A stretch of DNA of 64,000 nt from Octopus sinensis (Eukaryota): NCBI RefSeq assembly GCF_006345805.1, contig NC_042999.1, positions 57,474,001 to 57,538,000 of the forward strand, read 5' to 3'. Within the stretch, counting starts at the first letter, position 1. Each line of letters opens with the position of its first letter. The notes beneath the pieces are model-generated. The model was not told the DNA's origin. It saw only the letters and a program-made list of their open reading frames with translations, and ran no database searches. Of this stretch, positions 48,397-60,900 are shown in pieces. Made by a program: the position numbers and the translations under genes.

Positions 48397-48839
48397 TAGA
48401 TATATATATAAAGGGAAGTAACTCTATGCGTCTTAGCGCCAGTAAGTTTGTAAATTTGAAAAAAAAATGGCGGGGATTCAAGTTGTTGAGTTATTGTAGC
48501 TGAATACTTTTGTAAGTTGAATATTTTTCGTTCTCGGCTAAATTAAGAACAAGTTAGTGGACAGCATATTATTATTTCTACTGCTAAGGACTAAGTTATC
48601 GTCTAAAGACCTAGTTTTTTTTCTTTTTTAAATTATAATTACTATCTTCCTTTATTCATCTTAACGGCTCACCATTTCTTGTCTAGATACAAACTTTTCC
48701 TCATTTAATAATAATAATAATAATGAAATTATTGTATACAGTGCTCAGGTGCACCACAACTTGTCAAAAGTGCGTATATTTAACGTCCATATTCCATGCT
48801 GGTATAAGGTTGGACGGTTTGATAGGAACCGATGTGGTC

Positions 48840-49400
48840 AAACTCTAGTGTTTGACACGAGCAAAAAAAAAAATAGTGTATTAGTGTGTAAAACAACTTG
48901 CTGTAAACGAATATGAAAAAAAAATGTGCGCTCGCGAACGGGGTCGGGTGGAGGAGAGGACTCGGAAAATTCACATCTCGGACCATGACCTTTAAACTCT
49001 AGTGTTTGACCCTAGCAAAAAAGAAAAAAAATTTAAATGATGTAATAGATGTACAACAACATGTAGCAAACGAATATGAGAAAAAAAATGCGCGCTGGCG
49101 AACGGGGGGGGGGGAGAGGACTCGGAAAATTCACATCTCGGACCATGACCTTTAAACTCTAGTGTTTGACCCTAGCAAAAAAGAAAAAAAATTTAAATGA
49201 TGTAATAGATGTACAACAACATGTAGCAAACGAATATGAGAAAAAAAATGCGCGCTGGCGAACGGGGGGGGGGAGAGGACTCGGAAAATCCACACCGGGA
49301 ATGTTCCGAGTCCTCTCACCACTTCCCCGTTCATCGGCGAATTTTTTTTTTCTTCATATTCGTTTACTACACATTATTTTACACCTAGTACACTATCTTT
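48840..49400. repeat. Second fold-back structure: three ~154-160 bp tandem units followed by an inverted arm
   Basis: aaactctagtgtttgac at 48840, 48994 and 49154; hairpin gagaggactcggaa / ttccgagtcctctc at 49273-49315. Confidence 0.8.
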
Positions 49401-49958
49401 GGAAAGACTTCCTCCCCCTCCCCCATTTTTCGCAAATTATTATTATTTTGACAAAAACCCACGTTTTCGGATATGGAGATTCCGGAAAAATTGCCAAAAA
49501 TCGGAATTTTGAAATTTCTGCATCCCCCTTCCCCCTTCTGTCGCCCAATGTCTTCATTTTTCACTTTTTCCATAACCCTAAAACCCTAACCTTAACTAGA
49601 AACATTTTTGGAAATTTTTTTCAGAATCATAATGTTCATATTTTTCCACATATTTTGAAAAAGAAAAATTTCTGAAAAAAGTTTAAAATGAAGAATTTAG
49701 GGGTTTTTTTGCAGATTTGTATTCTTCGTAGCTGAAAACGGGGGTTTGTGAAAAAATTTTTTTTTTTTTTAATAAAAGGGGATACCATATTTTTTTTCAA
49801 TTTTTGTGACTACAGGTGGGTGCAAACTCAGATAATTCATACAATCCAGTAACCCCACTTCGACACCCGGTCACATAAATGAAAAAAAATAGTGTAATAT
49901 GGCCTCTACAATCAGGAAGTCTTCCTTACATGTAATAATTTTCAAGGACAAATCTTAA

Positions 49959-50434
49959 CCCTTTTGTTACCGTATTTCTGTTGAGATGCTCTGTGTTTCT
50001 TTCAATCACTTTAAATATGACAAAGAATTTAGTAAAATAACTTGGTTATCATTAAGCTAGTGTTAGGAACATAAATTGTGACTAAGGTTTGGTGGAAGAT
50101 TTTAATTCAAAACTTATGAAAACAAGACATTTGTACTCAGAGCCAGAGCTGGTTTCAGCCGGGTTGGTATCAGAAGGGTTAAGAATTGTTTCTCTGTTAT
50201 ATATTTTAACCTTTTTGTTACCATATTTCTTCTGTTGAGATACTCTGTGTTTCTTTCAATTAATTTTAAATATGACAAAGAATTTAGTAAAATAACTTGG
50301 TTATCATTCAGCTAGTGTTAGCAACATAAATTGTGACTAAGGTTTGGTGGAAGATTTTAATTCAAAACTTATGAAAACAAGACATTTGTACTACAAAGCC
50401 AGAGCCGGTTTCAGCCAGGTTGGTAATGAAAGGG
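49959..50434. mobile_element. Two adjacent piggyBac-type MITEs (49959-50178, 50210-50434)
   Basis: Each has TTAA|ccctt..gttacc ... ggta..(g)aaggg|TTAA termini; same orientation, near-identical bodies. Confidence 0.85.
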
Positions 50435-52124
50435 TTAAGGCAATGCTTGAACTTCTATGACAAGTTATATAATTTTTCTGATAAGAAAATATGCCATAAT
50501 TTCATTGATAATACCCTCAACCAGCACCCTACTAATTTTCAACTCCAAAATTATGTTTGACAAAAAACAGGTTCATAGCTACACCCACAGCATTTAAATG
50601 GGATGCGGATACCCAGACAGGATCATGTTTCTTTTGATGCTCATAGACACCTCTCTAGTTGCAGTTCCACATGCCTCTGTCAGTGACAACAGACCACTGT
50701 CAGTCACAAGTGAGAGAACATGAGACAGCAGCCCCCTACATAATCTTTTGGCCTGCTAGAAATAGCAACCAAATTTACCAGCTTGAAAAGATGGTAAATG
50801 TTGTCTTAAATACACTATATTGGAGAGAAGTCCTGAATGGTTTTGGCATGGCTCAAAAGTTTTTAATTATACTGACCTTGAACTAAACAGCAAAATAGCA
50901 TGACATAAACGAAGTAACATCAAACAAACAGGGAAGCCTCTATGAAATCGCTCAACTTGCTAGAAATAGCTGCCAAATCTTGCTCAAATCACCCTACTGT
51001 CTTCAAAATAAGGAGGAGATGGTCATAACTTGGAATTCTGGTATTGTGACTCTATCCAGGATAGCAAAATAATTCAAAACTTATAATGATGGAATAGCCA
51101 GAAGGCTTGAACTCTTTAAATCAGAATCTCATGAAGGCATTCTAGGATTTGGCAATAACTTAAAAAGCAACTACTGGTAATTCCGTCTAAAAGTGAGGGG
51201 AATTTGAAACTACAACATACCAAGACTCTCATCTATACTCTTCATGAGACTTGAAAACACATTACATGTTTAAAAATACAGTAATTCCTCACCATATTGT
51301 GGTTTATTATTTAAGCTTAACATCAATTCCTCTGTGGTGTTGTTTTGCATTTATAATAAAATAAGACACTCACGGAGTTAGGAAGGGCATCCAGCTGTAG
51401 AAACATTGCCAGATTAGACTGGAGCCTGGTGCAGCCTTCTGGTTTCCCAGATCCCCGGTCGAACCGTCCAACCCATGCTAGCATGGAGAACGGACGTTAA
51501 ACGATGATGATGATGATGATGATGATGATGATATGCAAATCATAAAAATAATTTTAAAATATACAGCACCGTACTGTTTCTACTTTGTGCATTTTCTCCT
51601 ATCATTTGGGGTTTAGGAATGTAACACCTGCAATAGACAAGAGGTTACTAAGTGTGGGGGGGGGGGTTTCTACTTTGGGGTGATGGAGTTCCATCTAATG
51701 TCAGGAGGAGATAACATGGATAATTTGATGCTAAACTTTAGTCATTAAGTTATTTGACTTTGATTAAAGGTAAATCTGGTTTGAGACTTTGTTCCATTGC
51801 ATTTAGATGTTATGTCATTAATAAATATTAATAACTGCAAAATTGTTCTAATCTAGCAGACCTATGGTCAAAGATGTTTGAGCATATGCACAACAGTCAG
51901 GAAGGACAGGTGAGGAAAGAGGGTCAGTATGGAAGTATGTTTAAAGATTTTTTTACTTTAATCGAACCGGATAAGTATTTTTATATTTGTTGCATTAAGT
52001 AACTTCTATAAAATATTACCAGTTTCGATATGTATGTCCATCTTATCAATTATTAAAAATACACAGTCAAGGATTAGAAAATAAGGCAAAATTGGAAAAT
52101 TAAAATAGTTGTCCTCCATTGCAG

Positions 52125-52225
52125 TAATCCTTCGTAGAATGAAAAGACAGTTTGAGATAAGATTAGAGCTGTGATGCAACAAATAATAGCCACTGCGACG
52201 TTTTTGCCTCTAATTGAAATTCCTT
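52125..52225 (+). pseudogene. MAD2L1: Isolated MAD2 (HORMA spindle-checkpoint protein)-like exon with two in-frame stops
   Basis: cctccattgcAG|T AAT CCT TCG TAG AAT GAA AAG ACA GTT TGA GAT AAG ATT AGA GCT GTG ATG CAA CAA ATA ATA GCC ACT GCG ACG TTT TTG CCT CTA ATT GAA ATT CCT T|GTAAGT = NPS*NEKTV*DKIRAVMQQIIATATFLPLIEIP(C). Compare MAD2 QDEIRSVIRQITATVTFLPLLEVSC. Phase 2/phase 1 ends. Confidence 0.75.
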
Positions 52226-52759
52226 GTAAGTAAACAATTTCCTCTTCTGTTCCAACACCAAAACACTCCCTTTCAAAATCATGACAGTCTCCCAAAATCA
52301 AGAATCAATACACTGGACAATTCCCTCTGTTCTACACCAATATTCAATCTTGGTATTACTACTAACACAAAACTAATATCTGTTCCTCAGTAAATTTATT
52401 TAAAGTTTTTGGCCCAAAAGACTTAAGGATGGCAAGGGATTCCCTTACACTTATTTATATTTACACTGAAGTAAGGGGCCCTCGAAATAAAGGACCATAC
52501 CAGAGATTATCTCTTATTATTCCTCTTTAGACTGCGTATATAAGAGAAAAGTGTAGTGGAATTACAGTATTTTTAGTTCAAAAACGAGTTCATGTGGGCC
52601 CTATACCTAGCCTTAAAATTTACTGTATTGCCTATATAAAACTTATCCAAATCTTTAACAATGCATTTATATATTGCATTAATAATCAGACAGAACCGAT
52701 CAAGGGTTTCTACAATTACATGATCTGCCAGAGCCATCCCTAACCTTATTACTACTACT

Positions 52760-53385
52760 ACTAATATTACTTGTCTGGTTTCCTACATTCTTTCCTTCAC
52801 ATATCTCATTACTGGGGTTCAATATGACCGATGGGAGCAAATGGTTTGTATCACTAACCTTAGGCATATTAGAGCTTACCTGCCCAGTACCGGGGTTTCC
52901 AGCAGAAGAACGCCTCCAGTGCCCTTGCCCATTTAACTTGCTTCTATAATTCTAGTATAGGTAGTGGATTGTGATTTTCTTCACTACTTCAGGGAGTGAT
53001 GACCCTGCCTGACACGAGTCCCAGGCTCAGCTCGCTCTGGCTGACAGTACCCCGTATGGACCCCTATCCAGGGTTACGGAAAGGAGACAACCTTCAAAGA
53101 AATCTGGTGTGGAACCCCGTAGGTGGTTTAGTGTTCGACTCAACATTCTTCCGGCAGCTCCTGCAACCAAGCTGGTGCCAAATGTAATGCTCTGCGCTCC
53201 TTTGGACTACGTCAGCAAGGTCGAGAGAGGAATCCTGACAACTGGGCTACCCAGGATTTTCTTACATCTAGCCCAGGCCTGTGCAAAACTGGAGAGGACA
53301 TGAAATGCAAAAACCAGACTGGATTAGTTTATGAACAACCCCATTGTCTCCCGAGACAAAAGGATACCAACGACAACAATTAATA
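52760..53385. other. Unclassified GC-richer repeat-like segment
   Basis: Abrupt compositional shift and no convincing ORF; ends in a short (AC/AAC) tail. Family not recognised. Confidence 0.3.
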
Positions 53386-54189
53386 GATGCAATAATGGAG
53401 GCCAAATTTGGCATTACTGAGTAAGAGAATTTTTTAAGCAAAGAAACAGGCTAAAATTTACCAAATGTGAAATCAAAAACTACTTCTTAGTAACTTTCAG
53501 TTTGATATTGAGAAGTTCATATCCCAGCACCAAGTACATCCTTCCTATTGAAAATATACAAACAACATAGTTACCAGTGAGATTTAAACTTATTCTTTCA
53601 TATAAAAAAAAAAAACAGCAAAATAATAGGTTTACTAAGGTCTAATTGTAGAATTTCAGTAGAAAGAAGTATTTGTTCATGTGATGGTAAGGATCAGGGG
53701 CACTAAGAACGTGATTGGGAGCCAAGAGAGCAGCATCCTGATTAAAGTTCGGGAAACACTGGTTTAGATGCTTTATTTATATGTTTAGCTTTGAATATTC
53801 TGATGGAAATTTCATCCAAGTGTGTATAAATATTGATAAACACAGCATGCGATTTATATGTGTGTGTCTAATACCGAGCTAAGAATGTCTGTGAAATGAG
53901 GATATAACTTATACATGAGTTTATATGATATATGCTGCAATCCGTTTGATTAACTTTGGTAGAAGCAAAGTTATTTCCCTTGACATTCGTAAAGTTGTAA
54001 AGCTATTTAGTAACACTTGACATCTAAGTTGCTTGGCAAAGGATTCTCGTCTCTTGAATCAGACCCTCACCCTATCTACTCTAATGTATCCCAAGGCTCC
54101 ATTATGTCTCCCACATTCCTCTGTGCATTAATGATATTGTTATTTCTTAACCACACGCACTCCTATGTAAATGATAGTCCAGTTCAGGT

Positions 54190-54278
54190 AATGATTCAGC
54201 TATAAGAGCAAGGTCATCAGCATAGAGGAGCTCCCAGGGACAGCTTGTCTTAAATTCCTCTGTAATTACCTGGAGAAC
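54190..54278 (-). mobile_element. Small RTE RT fragment
   Basis: LQVITEEFKTSCPWELLYADDLALIAE. Confidence 0.8.
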
Positions 54279-55343
54279 TAAGATGATCTGACTAAGGCGT
54301 TGAGCTGGCAGCAACGGTAGCACGCCGGGCGAAATGCTTAGCAGTATTTCATCTGCCATTACGTTCTGAGTTCAAATTCCGCCGACTTTGCCTTTCATCC
54401 TTTCAGGGTCAATAAATTAAGTACCAGTTACGCACTGGGTTTGATGTAATCAACTTAGTCCCTTTGTGTGTCCTTGTTTGTCCCCTCTATGTTTAGCCCC
54501 TTGTGGGCAATAAAGAAATAAGATGATCTGACTAAAAAGGAACAATAGTCAGACTTTCTCTTCACTTTCAGTGCTATACCACTCTTCTCTTGCCCCATTT
54601 TTTAAAAAAATTTATACTTTTAGCATTTATCATTTCTTTTTTACTTCTTAAGTGTCTCTCAGTTATTGACTTGTTATTCAATTTAGGGTCTAAAATGTAC
54701 GTGCCTGTATAATATTTTAAAATGGTATTTGATTAATTGAAATCTTTTGTAGATTTTCTTGACTTGATTATGTTCCATACCTTCATTTAATATTCAAATG
54801 ATAACTTTGTGAATTTCCATCATTCTTTGATGTAACAAGTATATAATGTTTGCACAATGCTGCAACTATCAATTTCCATGTTCTTCATTATTCCAAGATA
54901 AGTACATTCAGTATACAATGTTCTCTCTAAAATTTATTCTTCTGTTACACACTTTGTCTAGCAGTAATCTGTAAATTCAGTAAAGCTCTGTTTATTCTTC
55001 ATCAAAACCCCACTTGACATCCACATGGTTCCAGCTTTGGACCTTGTAGAGTAAAACTGTGTAAGAGCCCATTGTGTGCATGTGTGTGTGTTTGTGCATC
55101 TATATAGATATCTATGCACACACACACATATATGTCCATAATTGTATTTATATTGTGTCTCTTTATGCCTTGTAACTTAGCAGTTCAACAAAGAACTCAA
55201 TAAAATAAGTGCTAGGGTTGATGCAATCAACTAAAACCTTTGAAGGTGATCCTCCAGCATGGTCACAGTTCAATGACTGAATTAGTAAACGAATAACTCT
55301 GACCTCCATACATCTTGGTGCATCTATTCATTCTTGCTACCAT

Positions 55344-55648
55344 TCTTTTACTCTTCTACATGTTTCAGTCGTTTGACTGTGACCATGCTGGAGCACCGCC
55401 TTTAGTCAAGCAAATCGACCCCAGGACTTATTCTTTGTAAGCCTAGTACTTATTCTATCGGCCTCTTTTTGCCGAACCACTAAGTTGCAGGGAAGTATAC
55501 ACACCCGCATCGGTTGTCAAGCGATGTTGGGGGGATAAAAAGACACACAAACATGTACACACACACATTCATACATATATATATATATTATTATTATTAC
55601 TATTATTAGTATTAGTATTGTCCCTTTGATCCTCGGTCGAAAGTTTGC

Positions 55649-55679
<31 letters not shown>

Positions 55680-56360
55680 TTTCAGCTTCGCCTCGTATTG
55701 CATATTATTTCTCCATACAGGGGTTTTTTTCAATGGCGGCCCATTTTCGCGGGGTTCCACTATTCCCTTCTCTCTCTCCCTCTTTTACGTTGTCTGCCAT
55801 CCCCCCTCTTCCTTTCCCCCCTTCCAAAGAGCATTTTTAAGCCAGCCCGTCAGTTCAACCTTCGCATATTCCCAGTGCACCCGCCCTTGCCCACCCCCAC
55901 CACCAATACCGGATATCTCTATATTTTTGCTCCATCTATACCGGATGTCGCTTCTCCCACCACCATTATAGGTGTTTACTCTTCGAAACCCCCTCTTCAA
56001 CACGCTATTTCACCATGCATTACCCCTCTCTTGATATCCTACGTTCTACTTGCCTAGAACCTGTCATCATTTCTCTGAACCACCCCTCCCCACTGGTGCT
56101 CCCCTATATATTTCTGCACCCCGCCCCACATAAAAAGCACCATCCGAACGTGGCCGATGCCAGACCCCTCTGGCACCTGTGCAGGTGGCACGTAAAAAAC
56201 ACCCACTACACTCGCGGAGTGGTTGGCGTTAGGAAGGGCATCCAGCTGTAGAAACACTGCCAGACTAGACTGGAGCCTGGGGCAGTCCCTAGCTCCCCAG
56301 ACCCCGGTCGAAACCGTCCAACCCGTGCTAGCACGGAAAACGGACGTTAAACGATGATGA

Positions 56361-56395
<35 letters not shown>

Positions 56396-56562
56396 CACGA
56401 CAGGCTTCTTTCAGTTTCCGTCTACCAAATCCACTCACAAGGCTTAAGTCGGCCCAAGGCTATAGTAGAAAACACTTGCCCAAGATGCTACACAGTGGGA
56501 CTGAACCCGGAACCATGTGGTTGGTAAGCAAGCTACTTACCACACAGCCACTCCTACGCCTA
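55344..56562 (-). mobile_element. SINE family A (minus), split by an ~800-bp insertion ending in an RTE tail
   Basis: 3' half at 55344-55565, 5' half at 56395-56562; the insert 55570-56395 has a C-rich segment plus an RTE tail on +. Confidence 0.75.
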
Positions 56563-59500
56563 TGCACTCATAATTATTAAAACATTTTTCATTATAAACA
56601 TTGATATTTTTTTTCCACTTCTTCAAAATCCTTTTTTCAAATCTCTCAATGGTGAATTAATCAAATTCAGTCTGAAAAAACTGCTTTAAAAGCTTCATAT
56701 TTCCATATCATTGTTCTCTTCTGTATTTTTCAGTTTGAAAACTTTTCAGTAAAATTGAGTTGTTTTTTTTTGTTTTGTTTTTTTTTTCTTTAGCTCACTT
56801 ACATCAAAGCAATTTTATTTCATGTACGTGACCTCATTATTTAACCCATTCTTAGTTTTTAGTTTCTCCATTTTCTATTTTTTTGTTTTTTCCTTCTGTC
56901 TTATTTAAAATTGCGTGATCAATATTTTGAGAGTTGCTCAATAAAATAAATTTCAAACAATGAGTACTAGAGATCAAGCAAATTAACTCTCAGTTAAAAT
57001 GTATGGCTTGATGCAAGTGTAAGAAATCAGTGGGATGAGTAAGTATTGTTAAACTAAATATTTTATAGAATTTAGATTTGTTTGTATAGGTTTTATGTTA
57101 AAAGCTTACTTCAGTGAACCTTCCATTTCTTTTCTCCAGGATCAATAAACTGAATGTCAGTAATATACATGTATGTTGATTGGATTGACTATACTCCTTT
57201 CTCTGTAGAAATTGTCCTTAAGGTGAATCACTTTACAATCTGTTACTTTGTTACAGTTCCAAACAATTGCATATTGTCAGTGTGAGGTGATTGTTGCTTC
57301 AACATTTAGAAACTCTAGTGAGAAGAACATTATACTAAAGGATCTTTATTATTTAACCATTATTTAAAGTGAAAAATAATCACTGAAGTTGTTTCCTTAC
57401 CTTCTACCCTATTTCTCAATATTTTTGTATGGTGAAGATTGGAGCAAAGTGTGGAACCTCTCATTCATGAGTAAAGTTGCATCACATCAAAATCTGAAGC
57501 TACCCAATGATGAAGTTTATATTTTTATTTATTTATGCGCCCTTTTCAAGCCTAGCCAGGCTCATGGGCCTGGTTTCTATGACGTATGTGTTCCCCTCCA
57601 GCTGGACGGGACGCCAGTCCATTGCAGCGTTACTCAAGAAACAGGAAGAAAGAGTGAGAGAAAGTTGTGGTGAAAGAGTACAACAGGGATCACCACCACC
57701 CCCTGCTGGAGCCTCGTGGAGCTGTAGGTGTTTTTGCTCAATAAACACACACAACACCCGGTCTGGGAATCGAAACCACGATCCTCTGACCACGAGTCCG
57801 CTGCCCTAACCACTGGGCCATTGCGCTTCCACATGAAGTTTATATAACCCATATTAAAAACAGTTTAGGCCTTAAGACCAAAACATAAGTTACATAGCTA
57901 GAATTTGTAAAATTAAAGATTATTTTTTCCTGTACAGATGCATCCTCATGTGAACGTGACCTGGGTGTTATTGTCGACAGTGATTTGCGTTGGACAAAAC
58001 ACATCGCTAAAATTGTCAAGAAGGCTGAGGGTGTCTTGGCATCACTCACCAAATCCTTTGTGAGCCGCTCTCCGGCTATCTATCTGCGGCTTTATATAGC
58101 TATGGTAAGACCTCACCTGGAATTTGCATCACCGGTCTGGAACCCCTATCTTGCCCAGGATATCAATCATCTGGAAGCTGTTCAGCGATGTGCAACCAAA
58201 AGAATACCCTCCATCAGGCATTTGCCATATCCTGAACGCCTTACTTTCCTGGGCATGGACACATTGAAACTCCGACGTCTGGCAGCTGACTAGGCAGATA
58301 CCCATAAAATTATCAACCATCGTACAAACAATAACTCTGAGCACCTTTTCAAACTCAACCCATCTAACACCCGTGGACATATTTACAAAGTCAGAAAACA
58401 GCACAGCTCCCATGACTTCAGGAAATATTTTTTCACGCTGAGAGTTGCTGAATCATGGAACAAACTGCCGGCATCAGTTGTTAGTTGTCAGAGCACTGCA
58501 TCCTTCAAGACTTCCAAGCTTTCTGAGATTCGCCAACACTACACCTGATTTTCTCCCCTCCATACACACACAAGCATGAATCTGACTCATACATTGTTCG
58601 CTTTCCAGACATTTTTACATTACTGCATGTACTTTATATGCACTTTCTGACAAGATGTGGTGCACCTGAGCACTGTATACAATAATTTCATTATCATTAT
58701 ATGTACTTTAGTTTTGCTCCTAGTACCAATGTTGTCTACATCTGCTGTAAAATACAACAGAATTCCCAGCAAACTGAATCCATGAGCAGTCTTTAAGCCA
58801 CTGAGAACACCTGAATTTCTTTAATTCCCTCATAATAAAACCTAAGGCCCTTATACATAATGTAGATCAATGATATTCATTTTGATTAGCAAAAAATATC
58901 ACAAACAGACACTAGTTGCTCACTGAGTGGATTTAGCTACTTGTAAATATATCAATAAAAATATGTCTAAATTGAAAATATTACCATGGCCTTCTCTTTT
59001 TGTTGCAATATTAATTCAGATAGGTGTAAGCATGATTATGTACTTAAGAAGTTTGCTTTGCAGTCGCATGGTACATGGTTCCTGATCTGTGTGGCATTTG
59101 GGGCAAGTAACTTGCATCAAAGCCTGGATTGGCCAGTATCTTGTTGAGTGGAATTTGGTAAATGAAACTATGGAAGCCAGGTGTGTGTGTGTGTGTCTGA
59201 ATGTTCATATGAGCAAATGTATTTTTCATCAATGCAGATTAAGAAAATCTAAAAACTTGTTTTGCAACTTGCTTTTTTGTACATATGCTTTATACGCATT
59301 TTTGACAAGTTGTGGTGCTCCTGAGCACTGTATACAATAATTTCATTATTATTATTTATAAATATAGTCACATGTGATATTTGTTCTGCACTAAGGTGCT
59401 GCCAGATGTGCAGTGAACCAGTGGTTGACCCACCCACTGGAAATTTGAAACCAATGGCTAATACCAACACAGTTCAACTTCTTGAAAAATTTGTTTGGTG

Positions 59501-60583
59501 TAAACATGTTTGACTACTAATTGTCATGTACTACAAATATTTCGTTGTGGAAATCCACACAAAGCACTTTACATGATTCATTTAATAAGTGGTTGAAAAT
59601 TACCTAAGTACCAGTTGAAAATTACCTATGTACCATCATGGTTGAGTTGTTTTTAACACCTCATGGTGTGAATGATTCAAATGGTTAGATTTTTAGGTCA
59701 AGCACAGGCTAGATTTTTAGTTCAATCTTACTGTGTGGCATTTTGGGAAAACATCTACCATAACCTAAAACCAATGCAAGTAAAACTGGGTTGACAGACA
59801 GGGTGAAAGCCTTTCAGATAAGCTTTGTCTATAGTTCAAAAGTCCAACCTTCACACATGATGTGATATTGCTTCTGTCTAAAGATTATGTTAATCTTTTT
59901 ACTGTGGAAAGCAGATATATACATTAGGCGTAGGAGTGGCTGTGTGGTAAGTAGCTTGGTTATGGACCACATGGTTCCGGGTTCAGTCCCACTGCGTGGC
60001 ACCTTGGGCAAGTGTCTTCTACTATAGCCTCGGGCTGACCAAAGCCTTGTGAGTGGATTTGGTAGACAGAAAATGAAAGAAGCCCATCATATATATGTAT
60101 ATATATATGTATGTGTGTGTATATGTTTGTGTGTCTGTGTTTGTCCCCCTAACATCGCTTGACAACCGATGCTGGTGTGTTTATGTCCCTGTAACTTAGC
60201 AGTTCGGCAAAAGAGACCAATAGAATAAGTACTAGGCTTACAAAGAATAAGTCCTGGGGTCGATTTGCTCAACTAAAGGTGGTGCTCCTGCATGGCCACA
60301 GTCAAATGACTGAAACAAGTAAAAGGATAAATGAGTATTGCCTTTCTGAGCATAGAAGAAATCAATATATTATTAAATTTCTGTAATAGCTCCCAGAACA
60401 ACATAGATATACAAACATTATGGCACAATAACATAAACTATACATTAACAAACTTATGAATGTAATTTGCTAGATGGTAACTATAAAAGCCTATCTTCTG
60501 CCCGCCTGTCTACCTATCTATCTACTTATCTATCTATCTATCTAGCTATCTATCTATCTATTATCTACTTATCTATCTATCTA

Positions 60584-60900
60584 TGACCAAGGTTACCGTG
60601 GTCTTTTCCGTAGGTTTTTCTTCCCACGGATAAACCTTATCTGCTTCCCCCTTTACACCTTACATCATGACACTGTGATACACGATCCCTATTGTTTTCT
60701 TTTGTTTCTTTTCCTTTCTTCTTCTTTCCCTTTTACAATCTCTTTTGATCGAAAACCTACCCCACCTTTTTTTTTCCCCAAAAAAAGTAAAGCTCTACTT
60801 TGTAATCTGTCCCATCTGTGTGCAGCCCTGTGTGGCTCATAAAGAAACATATCTATCTATCTATCTTCTGTGTTCAACCCTGCGTGGCCAATAAAGAAAT
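60584..60900 (+). mobile_element. Tx1-like 3'UTR fragment(s) in a (CTAT)n microsatellite
   Basis: Pyrimidine-rich body ending gtgtggctcataaagaaac, repeated as gcgtggccaataaagaaat; flanked by tatc repeats. Confidence 0.5.

Noticed and set aside
52870-52900. cttacctg, resembling the U1 snRNA 5' end, or an HDV-like ribozyme in 52760-53385
   Set aside because: Downstream sequence does not match U1, and I could not build the nested double pseudoknot by eye
53495-53520. FQFDIE, resembling MAD2 WQFDIE
   Set aside because: Wrong order relative to the MAD2-like exon, and the flanking residues do not match
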